A DNA stretch of 32,000 bases from Corynebacterium glutamicum ATCC 13032 (GTDB lineage: Bacteria > Actinomycetota > Actinomycetes > Mycobacteriales > Mycobacteriaceae): the NCBI RefSeq assembly GCF_000011325.1, contig NC_003450.3, positions 3,030,001-3,062,000 of the forward strand, written 5' to 3'. Every line of letters starts with the position of its first letter. Position 1 is the first letter of the stretch. The position numbers were made by a program, and so were the translations under genes. Positions 26,636 to 32,000 of this stretch are shown one piece after another. The notes beneath the pieces are model-generated. The model ran no database searches and was not told the origin of the DNA. It was given only the letters and a program-made list of their open reading frames with translations.

Positions 26636-27321
26636 TGTCTGATGTGCATGAGGTCATTCATAGCTACAATCCCACTGACAAAGAAGGCCCTGAAAGTGTC
26701 CTTCTAGTGTGGGACGCTCCCAACCTAGATATGGGTTTGGGCGCTATTTTGGGTGGTCGCCCAACCGCTGCGTACCGACCTCGCTTTGATGCCATCGGTC
26801 GGTGGTTGCTTGCTCGCGCAGGTCGCAGGGCACATGAGTTGGGCCGCCACATTGAGCCTGAGGCAACGGTGTTTGCCAACATCACCCCAGGTGGCTCTGA
26901 TGTTGTTCGACCTTGGGTGGAAGCGCTGCGTAACGTTGGTTTCGCGGTCTTCGCTAAGCCTAAGATCGGCGAGGATTCCGATGTCGATCCGGACATGATT
27001 GATCACATTCGCAGGCGCTATGAAGAAGGCGTGCTGCGGGGTGTCATCGTGGCCAGTGCAGATGGTCAGAACTTCCGTGAGACTCTCGAGGAGCTCGTTG
27101 CAGAGGGCATTCCTGCCACGGTCATTGGTTTCCACGAGCACGCGTCATGGGCTGTAGCTCATGACACCATCGAGTTTGTTGATCTGGAGGAAATCCCCGG
27201 CGTCTTCCGTGAGCCGCTTCCTCGCGTCAGCCTGGATAACCTGCCAGACGGTGGCGCATGGCTGCAGCCGTTCCGCCCTCTGACTGCCTTGTTATCCAAC
27301 CGCCACAATTCCCAGGAGTAA
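26635..27321 (+). CDS. NYN-domain (PIN-like, LabA-type) protein, Rv0207c-like
   Basis: The start ATG overlaps the trmB stop (TAATG at 26633-26637). The NYN-like pattern is VLLVWDAPNLD ... DSDVDPDMIDHI ... VIVASADGQNF ... GIPATVIGF. Confidence 0.6.
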   Translation: MSDVHEVIHSYNPTDKEGPESVLLVWDAPNLDMGLGAILGGRPTAAYRPRFDAIGRWLLARAGRRAHELGRHIEPEATVFANITPGGSDVVRPWVEALRNVGFAVFAKPKIGEDSDVDPDMIDHIRRRYEEGVLRGVIVASADGQNFRETLEELVAEGIPATVIGFHEHASWAVAHDTIEFVDLEEIPGVFREPLPRVSLDNLPDGGAWLQPFRPLTALLSNRHNSQE

Positions 27322-27328
27322 TCCACCC

Positions 27329-29647
27329 GTGTTTTCTAAATGGGGCCACTTTGCTTACAGATTTAGGCGCATTGTTCCGTTAGTCGTCATCGCCGCGATT
27401 TTGGCTTTGTTTGTCATTTTCGGCACCAAGCTGGGCGACCGCATGAGCCAGGAAGGATGGGATGATCCTGGTTCTTCCTCGACCGCTGCGGCGCGCATCG
27501 AGTTGGAGACCTTTGGGCGTGACAATGACGGCGATGTCGTGTTGCTGTTTACTGCGCCTGAAGGCACTTCTTTCGATGATGCAGAGGTGTTCTCCAGCAT
27601 CTCTGGCTACTTAGATGGGCTAATCGAGAACAACCCTGATGAAGTCAGCCACATCAACAGCTACTTTGACACTCGTAATCAAAATCTCCTCAGCAAAGAC
27701 GGCACCCAAACCTTTGCAGCTCTCGGGCTCAAAGGTGACGGCGAGCAAACGCTGAAGGACTTCCGGGAGATTGAAGATCAGCTCCATCCGGACAACCTTG
27801 CCGGTGGCGTCACCACTGAGGTCGCGGGTGCCACCGCTGTAGCCGACGCACTCGATGAGGGCATGGCTGGCGATATTTCACGCGCCGAAGTTTTTGCGCT
27901 GCCTTTCGTGGCTATCTTGCTGCTCATCGTGTTTGGCTCAGTTGTTGCCGCGGCGATGCCATTGATCGTGGGCATTTTGTCCATCTTGGGTTCGCTGGGC
28001 ATCTTGGCAATTTTGGCTGGATTCTTCCAGGTCAACGTATTTGCACAATCTGTTGTGACCCTTCTGGGCTTGGGTCTTGCCATTGACTATGGCTTATTCA
28101 TGGTCTCTCGTTTCCGTGAGGAAATGGATAAGGGCACCCCGGTTGAACAGGCTGTTGCCACCACTACGGCGACCGCGGGTAAGACTGTGGTGTTCTCTGC
28201 AGCGATGGTGGCTGTGGCGCTGTCCGGGTTGTTTGTTTTCCCACAGGCTTTCTTGAAGTCGGTGGCATTCGGTGCGATTTCCGCGGTTGGCCTTGCTGCT
28301 TTGATGTCGGTGACGGTGTTGCCGTCGCTGTTCAGCATGTTGGGTAAGAATATCGATAAGTGGAGTTTGCGTCGCACTGCTCGAACAGCGCGCCGTTTGG
28401 AAGACACCATTTGGTACCGCGTGCCGGCATGGGCAATGCGCCATGCCAAGGCAGTGACCGTGGGCGTCGTATTGCTCTTGCTTGCTCTTACAGTGCCGTT
28501 GACGGGCGTGAAATTCGGCGGCATCAATGAAACGTATCTGCCACCAGCTAACGACACCCGCGTCGCCCAAGAGCGTTTCGACGAGGCGTTTCCCGCCTTC
28601 CGCACCGAGCCGGTCAAGCTTGTGGTCACCGGGGCGGACAACAACCAGCTGATCGATATCTATGTTCAGGCCAACGAAGTTGAGGGACTGACAGATCGTT
28701 TCACCGCAGGTGCGACTACCGATGATGGCACCACGGTGTTGTCTACTGGTATTCAGGATCGTTCCCTCAATGAGCAGGTAGTGGAGCAGCTTCGCGCTAT
28801 TTCCGTCCCTGAGGGCGTTGAGGTGCAGATCGGTGGCACTCCAGCCATGGAGATCGAATCCATTGAGGCGCTCTTTGAAAAGCTCCTCTGGATGGCTCTC
28901 TACATTGTGCTGGCCACTTTCATCCTCATGGCATTGGTATTTGGTTCGGTGATTTTGCCGGCGAAGGCCATCATCATGACCATTCTGGGTATGGGTGCCA
29001 CCTTGGGTATTCTCACCTTGATGTTCGTCGATGGCGTGGGTGCCAGCGCATTGAACTTCTCCCCTGGCCCACTGATGAGTCCAGTGCTGGTGCTGATCAT
29101 GGCTATTATTTACGGACTTTCCACCGACTATGAGGTGTTCCTGGTATCTCGCATGGTGGAGGCCCGCGATAAAGGCGAATCCACCGACGACGCCATCAGA
29201 TACGGCACTGCACACACCGGATCTATCATCACCGCGGCCGCACTGATCATGATTGTGGTCTGTGGAGCGTTTGGTTTCTCTGAGATCGTCATGATGAAGT
29301 ACATCGCGTTCGGCATGATCGCAGCGCTGATTCTGGATGCCACCATCATCCGCATGCTGCTTGTCCCCGCCGTGATGCACCTGCTTCGCGACGACAACTG
29401 GTGGGCACCCGGCTTCGTTAAAAAGGCCTACACCGTCATGGGTCACGGCTCTGAGGTGGAGGAAGCACCTCGCCCAACCACCCGTCGCCTCAACGACGAT
29501 GAGGAAGTCACCGTGCATGAAGCAGTTGTCGCTGGCGATACCGTGGCATCTCGCGGTGGTTTGAGCACGCAGGAAAACCGTGATCTGGTGTCCTTCGTGG
29601 AACTTAAGGCTCGTTTGGAAAAGCGCAGGCTTGAGGATCTAGATTAA
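27329..29647 (+). CDS. cmpL1: MMPL-family (RND) trehalose-monomycolate transporter, MmpL3 orthologue
   Basis: 772 aa starting at GTG 27329, 9 nt after AGGAG. There are two 6-TM bundles with MMPL motifs (GLAIDYGLFMVSRFREE, GLSTDYEVFLVSRM) and two periplasmic domains. Confidence 0.88.
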   Translation: MFSKWGHFAYRFRRIVPLVVIAAILALFVIFGTKLGDRMSQEGWDDPGSSSTAAARIELETFGRDNDGDVVLLFTAPEGTSFDDAEVFSSISGYLDGLIENNPDEVSHINSYFDTRNQNLLSKDGTQTFAALGLKGDGEQTLKDFREIEDQLHPDNLAGGVTTEVAGATAVADALDEGMAGDISRAEVFALPFVAILLLIVFGSVVAAAMPLIVGILSILGSLGILAILAGFFQVNVFAQSVVTLLGLGLAIDYGLFMVSRFREEMDKGTPVEQAVATTTATAGKTVVFSAAMVAVALSGLFVFPQAFLKSVAFGAISAVGLAALMSVTVLPSLFSMLGKNIDKWSLRRTARTARRLEDTIWYRVPAWAMRHAKAVTVGVVLLLLALTVPLTGVKFGGINETYLPPANDTRVAQERFDEAFPAFRTEPVKLVVTGADNNQLIDIYVQANEVEGLTDRFTAGATTDDGTTVLSTGIQDRSLNEQVVEQLRAISVPEGVEVQIGGTPAMEIESIEALFEKLLWMALYIVLATFILMALVFGSVILPAKAIIMTILGMGATLGILTLMFVDGVGASALNFSPGPLMSPVLVLIMAIIYGLSTDYEVFLVSRMVEARDKGESTDDAIRYGTAHTGSIITAAALIMIVVCGAFGFSEIVMMKYIAFGMIAALILDATIIRMLLVPAVMHLLRDDNWWAPGFVKKAYTVMGHGSEVEEAPRPTTRRLNDDEEVTVHEAVVAGDTVASRGGLSTQENRDLVSFVELKARLEKRRLEDLD

Positions 29648-29651
29648 ATCT

Positions 29652-30737
29652 ATGCGAGGATTTTTCAGCAACCCCTGGATTCGTTGGGCTTTGTCCCTGG
29701 CGTTTCTAGGGGTGATCCTATTTTTCCTGAGGGATCAGCTGGATTTCCTCAAAATGGGCATCCAACAAATCCGCCACGTCAGCCCCGTAGGCGTTGCCCT
29801 CACCATGGTGGCGTTGGTGTTGTCATTCGTTGCGATGGCCAGAGTCATGCAGATCATGTTGAAAGCCGGAGGTAGTCCTGCGACTCTCAAAGCCACCACG
29901 GCTTTAACTTTTGCGGCTAACTCCTGGTCCGCGACCCTTCCTGGCGGCCCGGCGTTTTCCGCGATTCTCACCTATAAAGTGCAGCGCAGCTGGGGTGCCA
30001 GCGCCGTGCTGTGTTCGTGGTTTTTCCTGCTCTCCAGTGCCCTATCGACCGTCTGGTTGGTTGCTCTCGGTGTCATCGCCGTGTTTTATATGGGCGCATC
30101 GCTGAACTTATGGTCACTGATCGCCACATTCATCGCCATGGTCGGGCTGTCTGGCGCCGTTTATTGGGCAGCCAACAACCCCGACTCCTTGGCTCGGTGG
30201 GTGCGAAAATTGACGAAAAACAGGGAGTGGGGCTTCGTCGAAAAGCTTCTTGGAAGCATTGAGCAGCTGCGCTCGGTCTCGCTCACCGGGCCGCAATTCG
30301 CGGCCAGCACCGCGTGGTCTTTAGGCAATAGGCTTTTCGACGCCATCTCCCTCTGGATTTGCATCTGGGCGGTCACCGGCACTGCCCCGATGTTTGAACC
30401 AGAACCCAACAACACCACCATCGCAGGCGTACTGTTGGCGTACACCACCGCAAAAATCGCAGGCTCAATCCAAGCCACCCCAGGCGGAATCGGCCCCATC
30501 GAAGCCGCCTACATCGCAGCCCTCGTAGCCACCGGTATGACCGCAGTGGAAGCCGCCGGAGCTGTCATAATCTACCGTTTATGCTCATTTATCATCATGG
30601 CGATTGTCGGATGGGTCATCTATTTTATCTATTTCACCCCCCAGGGACTCAAGGCCAATGAATCCCTGGATGTGGAACAGGATACGATTAACTCAGACTC
30701 TAACCGACAGTCCGCAATTGAAAGGCCAGATACGTGA
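29652..30737 (+). CDS. UPF0104 / lysyl-phosphatidylglycerol-synthase-TM-region-like (flippase-like) membrane protein
   Basis: 361 aa, polytopic. The family motif TPGGIGPIEAAYIAAL is present. It starts 4 nt after the cmpL1 stop. Confidence 0.65.
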   Translation: MRGFFSNPWIRWALSLAFLGVILFFLRDQLDFLKMGIQQIRHVSPVGVALTMVALVLSFVAMARVMQIMLKAGGSPATLKATTALTFAANSWSATLPGGPAFSAILTYKVQRSWGASAVLCSWFFLLSSALSTVWLVALGVIAVFYMGASLNLWSLIATFIAMVGLSGAVYWAANNPDSLARWVRKLTKNREWGFVEKLLGSIEQLRSVSLTGPQFAASTAWSLGNRLFDAISLWICIWAVTGTAPMFEPEPNNTTIAGVLLAYTTAKIAGSIQATPGGIGPIEAAYIAALVATGMTAVEAAGAVIIYRLCSFIIMAIVGWVIYFIYFTPQGLKANESLDVEQDTINSDSNRQSAIERPDT

Positions 30738-31099
30738 ACCGCTGGATGTCCTTGCTGTGTGATTCCATCGCCATCGGTCTCTTCGCACTCTTCGCCCGCG
30801 TCGCCCACCAAAGCGCCGACATGCCACTAAATGTGCAGGGCTGGTTTTTCACATGGCTGCCATTCCTCGCAGGTGTGTTCATCGCCTACCTGGTGGCAAT
30901 CCTCCCTGCGAAGCTTCCCAGCGAACGCATCCGCCCCGCTGGCCTGACCGTGTGGATACTCGCGGTAATTGTGGGACTTGTGATTTGGGGCTTCAACAAT
31001 GGTGGGGTTCCACACTGGTCCTTCATGATTGTCGCAACGACCGCCTCCGCCATTTTGGTTCTCGGCTGGCGAGCGTTGTTTAAGGTGACAATGCGCTAA
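30734..31099 (+). CDS. Small 4-TM membrane protein (DUF3054-like)
   Basis: 121 aa. The GTG start overlaps the upstream TGA (GTGA at 30734-30737). There are four hydrophobic segments. Confidence 0.5.
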   Translation: MNRWMSLLCDSIAIGLFALFARVAHQSADMPLNVQGWFFTWLPFLAGVFIAYLVAILPAKLPSERIRPAGLTVWILAVIVGLVIWGFNNGGVPHWSFMIVATTASAILVLGWRALFKVTMR

Positions 31100-31107
31100 G
31101 TGCTTTT

Positions 31108-31148
31108 AAAAAATGGGAGCTTCTAGATTTCTAGAGGCTCCTTTTTTC
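31108..31148. terminator. Bidirectional intrinsic terminator
   Basis: ggagcttctag (31116-31126) pairs with ctagaggctcc (31131-31141). This is 11 bp including one G-U pair. It is preceded by an A6 run and followed by a T6 run. Confidence 0.8.
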
Positions 31149-31183
31149 ACAACTCATCGACCCGTACTGCTTGTCTAAGACGC

Positions 31184-31227
31184 GAAAGAGGGGACCTTCT
31201 AAAGCGTTCTAGAAGGTCCCCTCTTTC
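31184..31227 (-). terminator. Very strong hairpin ending the accD3 transcription unit
   Basis: Perfect 17-bp stem: gaaagaggggaccttct (31184-31200) pairs with agaaggtcccctctttc (31211-31227). It lies 10 nt downstream of the mini-ORF stop. There is no clear U-tail on the minus strand. Confidence 0.65.
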
Positions 31228-31236
31228 TTGAAAGGC

Positions 31237-31320
31237 TTAGTAGCTCAAGAATCCTTGCAGGTAAGACAGGCTTACGCTGAGGAAGTCAATACCCGACAGA
31301 ACTGCGAAGATGGTTGCCAT
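31237..31320 (-). CDS. Candidate 27-aa mini-protein MATIFAVLSGIDFLSVSLSYLQGFLSY. It is below the ORF-track size cut-off.
   Basis: ATG at 31318-31320 is preceded by GAGGAG with a 6-nt spacer. The codons are mostly the C/G-ending ones common in the flanking genes. The TAA stop at 31237-31239 is followed 10 nt later by the 17-bp hairpin. The ORF lies 57 nt downstream of the accD3 stop with no intervening terminator. Confidence 0.4.
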   Translation of the reverse strand: MATIFAVLSGIDFLSVSLSYLQGFLSY

Positions 31321-31377
31321 TGCGGTCTCCTCTGGTGAATTAGTTACAGGATTTCTATCTGGATAATTCTTTGGACG

Positions 31378-32000
31378 TTACATCGGCATGATCGTGTGCT
31401 TCTTGTCGAGGTCTCGCACAGCCTTGGTTTCCAGCTGGCGGACTGCTCGGCGAAGCACCAAACGGGTCTCTGCAGGTTCGATCATGGCGTCGATGTAACC
31501 ACGCTCGGCGGCCACATATGGGCTGGTCATGTTCTCATCGTAGAAGTCCATGAACAGTTTCTTCATGTATTCACGCTGCTCAGGTGGGGCGGCTTCGAGC
31601 TGCTTGCCCTGGATCATCACGACAGCTGCGGCTGCGCCCATCACGGCGATCTGTGCGGTTGGCCATGCGAAGTTGAGGTCACCGGTGAGGTTCTTGGAAC
31701 CCATCACGGCATATGCTCCGCCGTAGGCCTTGCGCACGATCAAGGAAATCTTAGGGACGGTCGATTCCACCACTGCGAAGGCTAGCTTTGCGCCACGGTG
31801 AATCAAACCGACCTTCTCTTGGTCCACGCCAGGCAGGTAGCCAGGGGTGTCCACGACGAAGATGATCGGGATGTTGTAGGCGTCGCAGATACGGATGAAG
31901 CGGGCGCCCTTGTCGGCGGCGTCAGCGTCGATGCAGCCTGCCTTATCCATTGGTTGGTTGGCCACCACACCGACTGCCTTGCCATCAACGCGGGCGAAGG
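31378..32000 (-). CDS. accD3: Acyl-CoA carboxylase carboxyltransferase beta subunit (3' part; the gene continues past the right edge)
   Basis: The C-terminal carboxyltransferase domain is present (FVVDTPGYLPG...RKAYGGAYAVMG...AWPTAQIAVMG). The frame is open to base 32000. The neighbourhood fits the mycolate-condensation accD3 as I recall. Confidence 0.8.
   Translation of the reverse strand, partial: FARVDGKAVGVVANQPMDKAGCIDADAADKGARFIRICDAYNIPIIFVVDTPGYLPGVDQEKVGLIHRGAKLAFAVVESTVPKISLIVRKAYGGAYAVMGSKNLTGDLNFAWPTAQIAVMGAAAAVVMIQGKQLEAAPPEQREYMKKLFMDFYDENMTSPYVAAERGYIDAMIEPAETRLVLRRAVRQLETKAVRDLDKKHTIMPM

Noticed and set aside
28094-29518. A 474-aa ORF antisense to the MmpL transporter gene
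   Set aside because: This is the same codon-complement frame artefact as in pck. The product is His/Gln/Arg-rich nonsense with no SD or motif.
1-32000. Search for CRISPR arrays, toxin-antitoxin pairs, restriction-modification or other defence systems, and prophage genes
   Set aside because: I saw no regularly spaced repeats, no small paired ORFs with TA-like features, and no nuclease, methylase or ATPase combinations outside the annotated housekeeping and envelope genes. The NYN protein is embedded in a conserved housekeeping operon, not in a defence context.

Overview
This window reads as chromosomal DNA from Corynebacterium glutamicum (ATCC 13032-like). I identified it by recognising the proteins and the insertion sequence from memory, not by a database search. 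It is mostly core genome.

Gene order, left to right:
- Two abutting gene remnants: a GH1 6-phospho-beta-glucosidase fragment and an ABC ATPase tail.
- alaT.
- A complete 1636-bp IS30-family element (ISCg2-like) flanked by a TAG target duplication.
- A YibE/F-type membrane protein, UDP-glucose dehydrogenase, dcd and tRNA-Gly(CCC).
- An iron-regulated HtaA-domain haem protein (htaD-like), a VanW-domain protein, a GH3 N-acetylglucosaminidase lipoprotein and a Usp protein.
- A long cell-envelope block that, as I recall, is syntenic with M. tuberculosis Rv0204c-Rv0236c: small DUF2613-like protein, aftD-like GT-C arabinofuranosyltransferase, tmaT-like acyltransferase, NCgl2760-like protein, a polytopic membrane protein, a GT4 glycosyltransferase, an acidic hypothetical protein, an mtrP-like methyltransferase, pck, a TDT/TehA-family transporter, trmB, a NYN-domain protein, the MmpL3-type transporter cmpL1, a UPF0104 membrane protein, a DUF3054-like protein and the 3' part of accD3.

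I found no CRISPR array, prophage, toxin-antitoxin pair or recognisable defence system, and no convincing new multi-gene system.

The observations that known features do not explain are:
- An unannotated-looking 27-codon ORF with a strong SD and a strong hairpin directly after accD3. Its VLSG motif resembles the mycoloylation site of the PorA porin peptide.
- A patchy, collinear non-coding repeat present twice. One copy is split by the IS and one lies between aftD and tmaT.
- An atypical amphipathic Ser-rich C-terminal tail on the HtaA-domain protein.
- A transposase ORF that runs 135 codons further upstream than the 401-codon ORF I recall being described.
- Several uncharacterised genes tightly coupled to known mycolate and LM/LAM genes.

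All functional names are inferences from sequence motifs plus recalled literature and need a homology search to confirm.
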